DNA from: an uncultured Nitrososphaerales archaeon
GTDB taxonomy: Archaea; Thermoproteota; Nitrososphaeria; Nitrososphaerales; Nitrososphaeraceae
DNA length: 64,000 nt
Assembly: GCA_963709405.1 (NCBI GenBank)
Contig: CAVPXM010000061.1
Coordinates: forward strand, 46,423 to 110,422
Reading direction: 5' to 3'
Of this stretch, positions 21,921-33,295 are shown one piece after another. A program made the translations under genes and the position numbers. The notes beneath the pieces were generated by a model, which was not told where the DNA came from, ran no database searches, and saw only the letters and a list, made by a program, of their open reading frames with translations. Each line of letters opens with the position of its first letter. The first letter of the stretch is position 1.

Positions 21921-22610
21921 GACCCTGTTCATTTAACAATCTTTTGTTCTATCACGAGCTCTGTTATGCATATCTACAAATAAAACCAACCACTTCATTA
22001 TGTGCTGTAGTTTGCAGTTAATTCTTGTACAAGGAAAATAATCATCAAAACATTCGGTTCTGTGTTTTATTATGTACTGTACCGTCCTTTCTATGAATCT
22101 TTTTTCAATCTAGGAATAATTGATTATGATATTCAATATTTAAGAATCTACTTGCTTGTGGATAACAAGTACCACCATCTGTTGAAATATTGTGCTTTCA
22201 ATATTTTCTAATCAGTAACTTTATAAACTGTTCACCAACTAGCATACTTCTCTCTATAGAGAGGCAACTACCTAGATTCCTTATTTCTTGGCTCAATCGC
22301 AAGTAATAATCACACATAGTCACTAATTGCTTTAATCAATGTCTCATCAATTATGCACTCAGATATTGTCCTTCTAGTCTGAAATTTCCTCTTTGGCTTG
22401 TATCCTCAAATCCAACTCCAAAAAGACATGATTTCTTTTGATATGTACAGCAGATAATCTTTCAGACGTTTTCCTGATTGATAGCCATGAAAAGCATATC
22501 TGCAGTGCGTAATAAACATACTTTGAATAGGTCATACTCCTTAGGATATAACCATTGCCTGGATATAGGATGTATTTAGCTATAGGTCTATCAATTATCC
22601 GAACAGTGAC
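21921..22610 (-). mobile_element. Degraded IS6-family element
   Basis: Ends GACCCTGTTC / GAACAGTGAC; degenerate 8-bp TSD AGTATGGC / AGTATGAT. Reverse-strand IIDETLIK, ISTDGGT, RTECFDDYFPC. 690 bp. Confidence 0.75.
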
Positions 22611-23656
22611 AGTATGATAACGTCCATCTTCTTATAAATATACGTCCAACTAATAGGCAACTTCAATTCTTTATTCATACTATATCCTATATTATTTAGT
22701 CCGATATTATTTAGTTCTCATTGAAAGCTATAAAGGCTCGTCACATATTATCAAAGAGTATTCATCAATTAATATTTCATCTTAACTGTATTCCCTCGTG
22801 TTTGTTAGGCTCTTTACGGCAAACCATCCCTTAGAGGATTTATTGATTCATTAATACGTAACACCATGGCATAAAATCAATAATCAAAGGCTTGGTCATA
22901 GTCGATACCTGAACAACTTCTGGGAAACATTCGTTCTTGTTAGAGATATCCATCGTTCTGAGTACCAGTGTTCCTTTGGAAAGCGCTACACCTATGCGCA
23001 AGGGCGTTTGAAATCACTTTCCTGGCCTGTTTTATCATTAGGAATTATTTGTATTTCGAAAGATTAAAGCTCGACTCAGTCTCGTCTTTAACAAATCATA
23101 GGCATAGGATACTAAACAGCTCTGTTAATGATACGAATAGCTAGATTTTTGTAACATGAGCTTAAGTTTTAAACTTCCTTGAAGTCGCATCCGAAAATTC
23201 CAGGTTCAGAGAGAACTTCCAAGAAATAGAAATAGATGAAGCTTGGATATTCATAATTTTGATGGTACAGTACATTAGAATTTAGTCCTCTTGCTCGGTT
23301 TCTTTTATCTTTATCTTCAATAGTTTGGTGGACCGCGGGCTATATCCTCCACTAGCAAATCGCGTGTGTTGAACTTATTGTTGGTTAGTTGCTATAAAAA
23401 GCAACAGTAAGCTGATTTGATATTAAATCATAATCTATTTAGACTAAAGTTAGTATACAAACGAAGATAATGATGTACAATCCATGTCTAAACGTTTGAT
23501 ACATACGTTGATAGGTTTAGCTGCTACCTATCTGGAATTAGAGGCAGAATGGCACTTTACCGCGTGCAGCGATTATAGCGAGACACAGCGTCATTGTCAG
23601 TTCGGGTACTCGATTGTGACTATAGATACTTATGATATAAGCAGGTTATCAAGGCA

Positions 23657-24073
23657 ATGTTTGGAGACAATAATGATATGAGTATGAACAGAATTCTGAT
23701 CCTTGATGATGATATGAAAACCGGTAATGGATACGATACGTATCTAACACTAAAGACGGTTCTTGAAAATAACGGATTCAAAGTTGATTCTTACAACGAT
23801 CCAATTAAGGCGTTACAGAAACTTGCTGATGGATTATATGATTTGCTATTAGTAGACATAAAAATGTCTTATATGAACGATTTTGATCTGTATCGGAAGA
23901 TAATTAAAATGAATAATCGCCTTAAGGTGTATCTTCTCAGTTCTGGCATAATACATAATGAATTGATTAGAAACGAACTATCTCATGAAGAAGAGAGGAA
24001 ATATTGTAGCATTCTGAGAAAACCAATTGAAAACGAAGATTTGATAGGATTGCTGAATACTATAGTGAATTAA
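23657..24073 (+). CDS. Stand-alone response regulator receiver domain
   Basis: RILILDDD, YDLLLVDIKM, LSS, ILRKPIENEDL. Confidence 0.85.
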   Translation: MFGDNNDMSMNRILILDDDMKTGNGYDTYLTLKTVLENNGFKVDSYNDPIKALQKLADGLYDLLLVDIKMSYMNDFDLYRKIIKMNNRLKVYLLSSGIIHNELIRNELSHEEERKYCSILRKPIENEDLIGLLNTIVN

Positions 24074-24479
24074 CTTTTTGACGAAACTCAAATGCGTAGC
24101 ATAGGTAACGGAATAAATGTGTTCATGTTGGTAATAATAATATCTACTCATCTCAGTTAAGATGAAGACTGATGAAAGTATATAGTCGCATGGGAAAGTT
24201 CCTATTACATACCTTTTCTAATGTTAACACTATATGGCCTTGACAGAGCGAGGAGATATGTACAAATAGCCTCTGATCTTCATTAACACAGACATTTTAT
24301 GCTGACACCTTGTCAAACAAGGCATAGCACTATAATACCAATGTCGGCCTTATTTGTCATTTTTATCATAATGGGTATTCCATTGGGTGATGGTCGACAT
24401 GCATATCACCAATCTTTCAAAGCCCTCTTCACTACTGTTGAGCAAGTATGGAATCTATGCGGGGAGTTGACCTAGTAGA

Positions 24480-24780
24480 TACTCATACTTCACCTTCAAC
24501 TATAAAGGCTCACAGCATATTTGAAATAATTTCAGCTGTGGTTAATAATTCACCAAGTATAATTACGTTTAGTGCTGGAGTGTGCGACTCGCCTTTGTCT
24601 GCACAATTATCAAAAATGTAGTAAAACATAGACAGAGATATCTTACATCATCTCCCTCATTCAAATTGAAACCAGGAGAACAAGTTTCAATAGCTGGTCC
24701 GAGTTCCAGAACAATATATCAAGCATTTACAGCTCGACAAAAACAGCAAGTGTGACTCTTCATTACAGAACAGAGAATTG
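24480..24780 (+). pseudogene. Degraded secreted hypothetical protein
   Basis: Fragments AVVNNSPSIITFSAGVCDSPLSAQ and FKLKPGEQVSIAGPSSRTIYQA in broken frames. Confidence 0.4.
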
Positions 24781-25141
24781 CCCGGCTGCTCAACGTTACA
24801 AAACCATTGGTATTCATAATAAGTTCTTAGCCCTAAAATGATCCTAATCCTTCCAAGATATTACCCCACCTTACTGCTATTTGTTAAAGCATGCAACAAG
24901 GCTAGAGAACATGCGGGAAAGGTCTCACTCATGATGATTGTACCAATATCAATTGCATCCAATACACATACGAGATAGAATCAGCGAGATGCAACTCGTG
25001 TAAGTAACATAAATTAATGAAAAATGTAATTTATCTGTTAATCTAACAATTAGCAAAACATGTTTTATAGAGATTATGATGCTTCGAATTCTTGTTGAAA
25101 AACTACCTCGAATCGTAGGTAATGAATTATGAAATGAATGA

Positions 25142-25570
25142 ATGAGTTTAGACCATCCACATTCATATTCAATATTTACCGCAATACAAATAAGGCATAA
25201 TGAAACTACTTACCATACTTTGAATACTGTAGTAATAATAACAATATCGATATTAGCATCTAGTGTCTTTTCATATTTGCAACAACAAAGTGCATATTCT
25301 GATTCTTTTATAGAAAATCTTGCCAATTCTTTTTTCAACCACAATAATAGCGTTAGTACTATGAATAATAACAATAATAATGCTAATTTGAGTAAATTTG
25401 CCGCTAATGATGTTACTAATTCGTCAAATGTATCCTCATTATTATCGCCGCCTCAGTCTCAACAATTATCAATGGAACAGATTTGTCTTAATTCATCGAC
25501 CGTGACAGACGAATTTGCCAAGCAACAATGTGATGCTACCATGTACAATAAATTCCTGAAATCAAAATAA
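25142..25570 (+). CDS. Secreted Asn/Ser-rich hypothetical protein
   Basis: Hydrophobic VVIITISILASSVF followed by QQQSAYS and a low-complexity N/S region; two Cys near the C-terminus. Confidence 0.55.
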   Translation: MSLDHPHSYSIFTAIQIRHNETTYHTLNTVVIITISILASSVFSYLQQQSAYSDSFIENLANSFFNHNNSVSTMNNNNNNANLSKFAANDVTNSSNVSSLLSPPQSQQLSMEQICLNSSTVTDEFAKQQCDATMYNKFLKSK

Positions 25571-25835
25571 TAATTTGAGGTTTTATGAACAGAGCTTTTC
25601 ATTATTGGTGTACCTTTTCTAGTTATGGAATATCTTTGCAAAAGACTTGGACGTTATTAAAAGAATCAGATCTACTTTTTGACCATCTATAAAAGATACC
25701 TGTCTAAACTGCGATTATCCTTCAGGCTATTCCTACTTTCCTGCCTTTTTACATTTATACCACCTTTTCTGTCTATCTCTGTTGCTCGTTTTATCATGTT
25801 TAAAGTGCTGGAATCATGAGTATGCGATAGATATA

Positions 25836-25967
25836 AGATCTCTTGCGTAATTAGCAGTTATGATCTATTAATGCTGCCTATTTTGACTGTATTCTTAGAT
25901 TGAAATCCTGTTAGACTGCATCACTCTGAAGTTCAGTATACCGGATACAATATCAGATATGTTATTG
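25836..25967 (-). mobile_element. Right-end fragment of the IS5/ISL2-group element
   Basis: TIR AGATCTCTTGCGTAATTAG; near-identical to the reverse complement of 52121-52254. Confidence 0.9.
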
Positions 25968-26009
25968 TACGAGTACATATCAGTGCAGTATCTTTTCGTT
26001 CCGTCTTTC

Positions 26010-26691
26010 GGCTCTGTAAAGTTAAGGAAAAATCTATAGCTTTATGACTGCGATATAGGTTATGATGTGTCAAATAAGAAAGAGAACAGAACCTGAGGAT
26101 ATAGCATATTCTCTGTATCTGTATTTCCTTGGTCTTTCATTAAGAAATACTTCCAAATCTGTGTCTAGATTTGTTAAAAGAAGTCATACTGCCATCAGAG
26201 ACTGGATTCAAAAATATAAACCAGAGATGTTAAGTTCCAGAAAGATAGATACGTATTACTGAATTTATAATTGATGAAACTATCATTAAAGTTGGTTCCG
26301 AATATATCTGGTTATGGATAGCCATTGAAAATGAATGATAACCGAGAAATCCTTCAAATAAGCATATCAAAAGAGAGAAACATGTTTGTTGCAGAACGTT
26401 TTATATTAAACCTTGTAAAAAGATATGGAGAACATCTATCCTGTTTCAACTGATGGAGGTACATGGTATCCACAGGCTTGTAGATTCTTGAGACTGCACC
26501 ATCACATCCATTCTCCATATGAGAAAAGTATCATAGAAAGGACGGTACAATACATCAAAGATAGAACAAAATATTTCGATGATTATTTTCCTTGTAGAAA
26601 AAGTAAGTGTAAATTGCAACACATACAAAAATGGTTGGATTTATTTGTTAGTCATCATAACAATAATTTGTTATCTTAACTTTACAGAGCT
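26010..26691 (+). mobile_element. IS6-family element, 682 bp, defective, with 8-bp TSD
   Basis: Near-identical to 17325-18006. TSD CGTCTTTC at 26002-26009 and 26692-26699. Confidence 0.95.
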
Positions 26692-27080
26692 CGTCTTTCT
26701 TATTACTCCACCTATTCTTTGTACGACTTGATTCATATTCGATGTTGTTGCTAATATTATCGCCAGTCTAACTTCGGGTACATCATATCCGACCTCTAGT
26801 GTATGAACCGATAGTAATGGAAAAAAATCCTTACCCCATACCGATAATATTTTTTGCCTTTCATTTGCTTTCAACCCACTATCAATTGTCATAGAGTTTA
26901 TTCCATTATTTTTTAATAATATCTCTTGTAGCTTTCGAATAGATTCTATGGTTTCACTAAATACCATAATTCTCTCATATGGATGTCTTGTGATTATATC
27001 GACTGCCGCTAATAGTTTATTTTCGGCACAATTGACCAAGCTTTTTCTCTTTCTAACCTCCGCAAACCATGTTCGTGCTA

Positions 27081-27618
27081 AGTGAAGTGTCTAGTTATAT
27101 GTCATATTATTTTTATTGCATAGTCTAGATCTTTAGATAGATAAGGCTTAACAGATGTAGGATATTCCCATCATGTGAGACGTGCTTCTAAGTTGAATCT
27201 AAGCCGGGGACAGAAAACAAGTCTAGAATCACTCATGAATAATACAACTAACAAGAAGGAGTATCGTAGGGTACTGGCTATACTTCAAAAAGTTGAAGGT
27301 AGATATTATGAAGACATAGCACATGAATACGAAGTCAATATTCGATCTGTACAAAGATGGGTTGTTGCGTTTACTCATGGTGGGATAGGAGTGGTAAGGA
27401 TAAAGAAGAGACCGAGAGGACTGAATTCACGTATAACAGATGAAAACAAAGAGATTATCCTTTCTGCATTATTTAATGATCCCCATATCTTTGGTTATCT
27501 TAGAAATACATGGAGTCTAAGGTCACTTGCAAGATGTCTTACAGATGAGCTTGGAATATCAATCAGCTTCAAACACCTGCAAAGAATAACTAAGGATATG
27601 GGGATCAGATGTAAAAGA
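27081..27618 (+). mobile_element. Truncated IS630-family element (ORF A 27175-27624)
   Basis: Starts after a TA with AGTGAAGTGTCTA, like 45278. The protein is closely similar to 45370-45915. Removing it rejoins helicase GFRSRL-ARTWF. Confidence 0.9.
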
Positions 27619-27927
27619 GTCTAGATCTGAATCCTCTTTCTCTTAGCATTGAAGCAATAGAATTAGGATTAGAGGAGTTAAGATATCTTGAGATCTTCCT
27701 GATTTCGATAGAGGAGCTATCATAGATTTTTTTCTCGTCAGTTGTAAGCTCAACTTTGATTGGAACGACAACCGGTCTTGCCAATCTTTTATCCACCACA
27801 GCTTCTTTTATCATATATTTTTTGACAACTGGCATCAATGATATAATGGTATTATATTTGGGATCGTCTTCATCTATTGTAGCAGTTAGTCCTAACAAAG
27901 AGGATGGTTTAGGATTGCTGTGACTTA

Positions 27928-28825
27928 GAACCCATCCCAAAAATAGATAGACATATAGCTTGAGACTTTCCTGCTCATAAGTGTGGCTTACGATAGAGTC
28001 AAGTATCTTCCAACTGTCAAAAGAATCCCTGATGAGTTATGGGATGAGATAAGGTTTATACTTCCACCAGAAAAACCAAATAATACCATAGGACGTCCAG
28101 CAGTACCATTTAGGAAGGTATTGGATGGTATTCTATATGTCTTAAGAACTGGATGTCAATGGAAGATGTTGCCAAAGGAATTTGGTTCAGGTTCGACATG
28201 TCATAGACGATTCCAACAGTGGTCAACATCTAAGGTATTTCAAAGACTATGGATTAGACTGCTAAAAGTGTATGATGGTATAGTAGGCATTCAATGGAGA
28301 TGGCAATCACTTGATAGTATATCTGTAAAGGCACCTTTAGGGGGGAAATGACTGGCTGGCCCTAATCCTACAGATAGAGGTAAGTTAGGAACAAAACGTC
28401 ATATGTATTAACTGATGGACAAGGTATTCCATTATCTGTTGTTGTAACTGCGGCTAATACGCATGATATGAAGGCTGCTATAAACACACTGGATAATATC
28501 GTAGTTAAAAGACCGTCTTATAAGATTTATAAAGAGAAACAGAACCTCTGTCTTGATAAAGGATATGACTTTCAGGAAATTGAGAATGGTGTTATCAAGA
28601 AAGGATATCTACCACATATTCGACATAGAGGAGAACAATCAGTAATAAAGGGTAGTAATCATCATCGTCATGCTAGAAGATGGGTTGTAGAAAGAACTAA
28701 CTCCTGGCATAACAGGTTCAGAAAACTTTTAGTTAGATATGAGAAGAAGTTAGAAAACTATTTTGCGTTAGTATGTTTCGGCTGTTGCATTGTTATCTAC
28801 AGGAGGATAATTTTGGGATAGGCTC
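27928..28825 (+). mobile_element. IS5-family (IS427-group-like) element with split transposase (27983-28351, ~28350-28821)
   Basis: TIRs GAACCCATCCCAAAA / TTTTGGGATAGGCTC. Motifs LRTGCQW, SLDS, PNPTDRGKLGTKRH, LDKGYD, RWVVERT, FRKLLVRYE. G-run/AAA junction at ~28340. Confidence 0.92.
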
Positions 28826-29654
28826 TAAGTCCGGATCTTACAGTATCAAATATTTTTCTTAACACCGTAGTGGAATCGCTTACTAAATGGACTTCAAATA
28901 TTATCATATCAAAATCACAAATGAGATCACGATTATTTATCATACTTTGATATGTGCCTATAGTAATCTGGCGAATCTCTTTACGTTCTACAAAATACGC
29001 TCCAATATACTCTTTGGAGACGCCATATCTTATTAGCCTCTCGACGTTCTGATTCACTAAAACAATACGAAGTACCAAAAAGAGGATTTTGAATTGATCA
29101 TGTGTAGCTAGACAATTATTACGTAGCGCATTAGCGCTGTTATCTTTTATTCGTCCTAACTTGTTTGCAGCCAACTGTGTTGCCCTCTTTGCACATTCAA
29201 AGGCTATTTCCGTCTTACCTGTCCCAGTACTATATACTATCAAACCTTTGCAGCCAAATGATATCCACGCATTTACTGCGTTGGTTTGATCTTGTGTGAG
29301 CGTAAACGGAAATTTGAGTGAGGATATGGGAGATGATATCATTGGTAAATGTGAAGATGTCGACGATTTTCTATTGGCAACTATTTTTGAATTATGCATG
29401 AATGATATGCCAAATAGCATAACATTTCACATTGAAAAGCATTGTTATCTACCGACAAACTCGTGATAAATCGTTTTAAAAGAAAATTTACTAGAGATGT
29501 CTTGCATACTACCAAAATTGGATTCCTATCAATCAAAACAGTGGCCAAATATTATATCTAAAATTCCGACTTATATGTATAAGCAATACATTATAGCACT
29601 AGTATGCAAAATAGTATACCTACTAAATGCAGTTTTCGTAAGTCATTGCCATGG

Positions 29655-30533
29655 TCAAACATACTTTTTTAAGAATAATATCGTCTTTTGCCAAGCATCT
29701 GTACTTTCATTTGGTGCGTAATTCTCGTTCGACGGATTTGCAAATGCATGGCCTACTCCTTTGTAGACATGAACCTCATTTGTAATACCGTTAAAATCTA
29801 ACGCAGTCTTAAATTTCTCTATCTGTGGTAACGGGATAGCTTGATCTTCATCCCCAAATATTCCTAAAACTGGCCATTTTATGTTTGATAGTTCTTTTCG
29901 ATCTGTAACTAGAGGTGTTCCATAGTATAATATTGTAGCGGCTAATGGAGGTTCTTTGTTATGTAATGCTAATTGCAAAGATTGTCCCCCTCCAAAACAC
30001 CAACCTATCGAAGCTATTTTAGAACCGTCAACAAATGGAAGTGATCTTGCATATTTTACAGCTTCTTGCATGTTAGACAAAGCCTCTCCAGGGTTATTTC
30101 CGACAGATTTCACTAACTGCATAGCTCGATTCGGGTCTTTTGTAGATTCTCCTTTAAATAGATCTGCAGCCAACACAATAAATCCAGTCTGTTTTGCTAG
30201 AGTATTTGCCATACTTTTAATATTATCGTTTATTCCCCACCATTCATGGATCATTATTATAGCTGGAAGTTTCTTACTCGATGAGTTGGTACCTACGGCA
30301 TTGGATGGGTATGCTAAATACCCAGATGCACCATCAAAATAATTGACCCTTTTCATAAATATGCCTTCGTTGGTAATAGTATTATTATTACCTGAAGATG
30401 TGGCCAGAGCTTGAGCATATGTTTGAGCATAAGCATAGGTAATTAGGCTAAGATTACTAGTACTCACTGGTAGAATTAAAGACGTAATAATAGAGGATAT
30501 AAAAAGTAGAGCGAAACTAATCCTTATTTTCAT
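29655..30533 (-). CDS. Dienelactone hydrolase family protein with signal peptide
   Basis: IHEWWGIN, GWCFGG nucleophile, FGDED, GVGHAFANP; signal-like N-terminus ending YAYAQ. Confidence 0.9.
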   Translation of the reverse strand: MKIRISFALLFISSIITSLILPVSTSNLSLITYAYAQTYAQALATSSGNNNTITNEGIFMKRVNYFDGASGYLAYPSNAVGTNSSSKKLPAIIMIHEWWGINDNIKSMANTLAKQTGFIVLAADLFKGESTKDPNRAMQLVKSVGNNPGEALSNMQEAVKYARSLPFVDGSKIASIGWCFGGGQSLQLALHNKEPPLAATILYYGTPLVTDRKELSNIKWPVLGIFGDEDQAIPLPQIEKFKTALDFNGITNEVHVYKGVGHAFANPSNENYAPNESTDAWQKTILFLKKYV

Positions 30534-31277
30534 AATAATGATATACTAAATATGCTACTATTTAGCATTTTAATCAATCCGCCGGTTAGATATCTTTAGA
30601 GGTAATTGTTACTCGCAAGGTTCAATCATCAAATTGATGAGCGGGAGATGCAACTAAGATATATATCTACTACGAGAAACTAGGAATTGATCTTCTCAAT
30701 CTATCGTTTATTCACATCCAATTGAGGAAGCTCATTCTTGGGGGGAGGACATACGAGCTACACGTATAATGGTGCTCGCGTGATTTCAAACATGCTCGAA
30801 TATCCTTCACCATAATATTGTATTGAGAGCCTACCTTGCAGAAGATCAGAATCTATTATCCTAATATTGAAAAATCAAACTATAGCTTTTTCAAACTCCT
30901 CAATTATGCGTTGCATAGGCAAAAATGACCTTGCAATATCGAGGATTTAGTTGATCCTACAGATTATATTTTGTTTCCACTCTGAAATCAGTGCATCTGC
31001 TAATTCTAATAATGGGATATCAGATATCTAATTTATATAAAAAAACGATATATCACTGGAGTGGCTGAACGCCGATAAGCTCTTTCTTATTACCTAGTAA
31101 TAGAATCGCCTTCATATCCAAAGATTGTCCTCAAATTTAAGCAAGTTAATTAAATTATATAGATAGCCTGAAGTAGCCATTTAGTAATATTATTTATATG
31201 TTTGATATATTCATACTACTCACAGATTTTATCTGACCAAGATAGCAAAAACAAAAGATCAATATCACAAATCAGCA

Positions 31278-32111
31278 TTGAAACTCCTCTTATTGTCAAT
31301 CTCGGTTTTTATAGTACTCGCTAATTCCATAATACTATTTTCAGACCCGCTTCACAGACTTTCAACAGCCCTTTGGATGATGAATATAACCGCAGCAATA
31401 GCTTCGAGTTTGGGCATTATTGCGATATATAGACACGGAATTCGTGACCTTCACGGAAAATCAATTATGTGTTTAACGATAGGACTAATCTTCTGGTTCG
31501 CTGCAGATCTCACCTTACTATATTCACATTATACTCAAGGTAAGGAGGAGAAACTCGTATCCCCAACAGACGGGTTATGGTTTATGGGTTACATATTTCT
31601 AGCCTCACATTTGTTCATTATCATTCGATCACTAAGAAATGATAGACACATCTACAGTCTTTCTACCAGAACTCAAACAAAAATTGTCATCATTCTTCTG
31701 ATCATAATAACAGTAGCATTTGCCACTTTCAACCTATTTGCATTTACATCGTCAGAATCCTTTACAGACATTGAAGAACCGGTAGATTTTCAGGCCTTAA
31801 TTGTAACTATCGCCTATCCAGTTTTGGACTTGATTTTAATCGTTCCCTCTATTTTAATACTTATTACCTTGCGAAATGACATACGTCATTATGTTCCATG
31901 GCTGCTTTCTTCGTTATCCTTACTGATAAGTGCGATAGCCGATGATGGATACGTAATAGATTTTGTGAATGGAAATTCCAGACATTTGATCTTCTGGGAT
32001 TTTTTCTACGTCTCGGATTTCATAATCATGGCCGGCGCTCTATTTTGGTATAACAGATATAATGTAATTCCTGGTAAAAAATCAACAAAAACTATGGAAG
32101 TCGGACCATGA
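31278..32111 (+). CDS. Multi-pass membrane protein resembling a stand-alone 7TM sensor-input domain
   Basis: About 7-8 hydrophobic helices with SPTDGLWFMGY, IAYPVLDL and IADDGY motifs; no kinase domain. Confidence 0.65.
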   Translation: MKLLLLSISVFIVLANSIILFSDPLHRLSTALWMMNITAAIASSLGIIAIYRHGIRDLHGKSIMCLTIGLIFWFAADLTLLYSHYTQGKEEKLVSPTDGLWFMGYIFLASHLFIIIRSLRNDRHIYSLSTRTQTKIVIILLIIITVAFATFNLFAFTSSESFTDIEEPVDFQALIVTIAYPVLDLILIVPSILILITLRNDIRHYVPWLLSSLSLLISAIADDGYVIDFVNGNSRHLIFWDFFYVSDFIIMAGALFWYNRYNVIPGKKSTKTMEVGP

Positions 32112-32409
32112 GAAATACAGAATAAGAGACTCGAAATGGCATCCATTTTCCATTTTTGCGACCAAAATGTGGGTCAAAAGAACAACTTTATTATGGGCTT
32201 TCACTTCACAAACAATAGTCTTTCATACTCCAATGGAGAGGTATCTGCAAAGTTTAGTCCCTACATGTAGAAACACTAATCAAAGTGTAGTCCATATTAA
32301 TAACCAAAATCATGACCCTATGTGAAAAATGTTGCACATACCGAATATTTCAACATGATCTATTTTTACTCTCCAAGCACCCATATTTTGTATAAATATG
32401 GAAAAGATT

Positions 32410-32667
32410 TTATTTCAAAGTTAATGGAGTCAATTCTTCCATATTATTGAATATCTGTAATAACCTTATTCCTTTAGATGTTGTCCTATAGGTATTCTGT
32501 CCATCTTCGTATTCCAACAAGTCGTTCTCAATTAGAACCATCAAGTACTCTTTTAATTGTCCAAAGGACAAGAATGCTTTGTACATTATCTTTGATTTTG
32601 TAGCTGCTCCACCGTTAGCAGCCTCTAATATCAAATGAACTATGTCAGTTCTACTTCTGTATTTCAT
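32410..32667 (-). CDS. Archaeal winged-helix regulator (HTH_45/DUF4364-like)
   Basis: MKYRSRTDIV..ILE..TKSKIMYKAFLS..QLKEYL..YRTTSKG. Confidence 0.88.
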   Translation of the reverse strand: MKYRSRTDIVHLILEAANGGAATKSKIMYKAFLSFGQLKEYLMVLIENDLLEYEDGQNTYRTTSKGIRLLQIFNNMEELTPLTLK

Positions 32668-33295
32668 TTTGCGATGATTAATAAAAGTTTAAAGTATTTA
32701 TGATGATCCAATATTAGTACTAAAATTTATGTTAGGACATGTTACAGGGTATTGTTTTGCTATTTTCTCATTTGTAATTATTTATAGAAACAAGTAATCA
32801 TTCTACTAGAATCAATATACATTTTAATCATCAGCTATTAAGATTAGAAAGATCTTGATCCAGCGTTATCCTTTTTATGTTATCATGATTGCTAGTTACA
32901 ATATTTAAATTTTTTTGTGATCAATATAACTAAGTCTATTAATGCAATTATGGTATCAGATTGTATTTCAATATTATTTCAACGATTAGCACCCAGAAAA
33001 CTACTGGTTTTTCTTGATAGAAAATAAAATAATCAGAATGATGATAACAGATATTCAGTGTAAAAAACAACTTTTGACGATTTTTATTCCCTGTAGACGC
33101 AATGAATAGGATTCTACTCGCATCATAGATCGAATGAATAGTTTTTGTGGTCATTCATATCACAGTCAGGCGCCGTATCTCATATATAACTGGTAGAGTT
33201 AGAGATAATATAGCATAGGCCCGAATCTATATTGGGACAAAAATCCATAAATATAATTAAGGCATAGATAGAAATTCCTTAACAGATCTGAATGT

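Larger units (their letters stand above)
25687..29420 (-). pseudogene. Superfamily 2 (XPB/Rad25-like) helicase disrupted by four IS insertions
   Basis: LTQDQ, STGTGKT (motif I), MIIFEVHL (degenerate DEVH), LGLTAT (III), IMVFSE (IV), LEVGYDVP (V), VQRIGGVIRK (VI). The tail TERKDTALI..YLSHTHD..RYLL* ends at 25687. Confidence 0.9.

Noticed and set aside
17325-26691. Composite transposon formed by the inverted IS6 pair around the ars operon
   Set aside because: The right copy has its own TSD on both sides, and the helicase continues across it. The outer flanks (GGCTCTTC vs CGTCTTTC) do not match, so the copies inserted independently.
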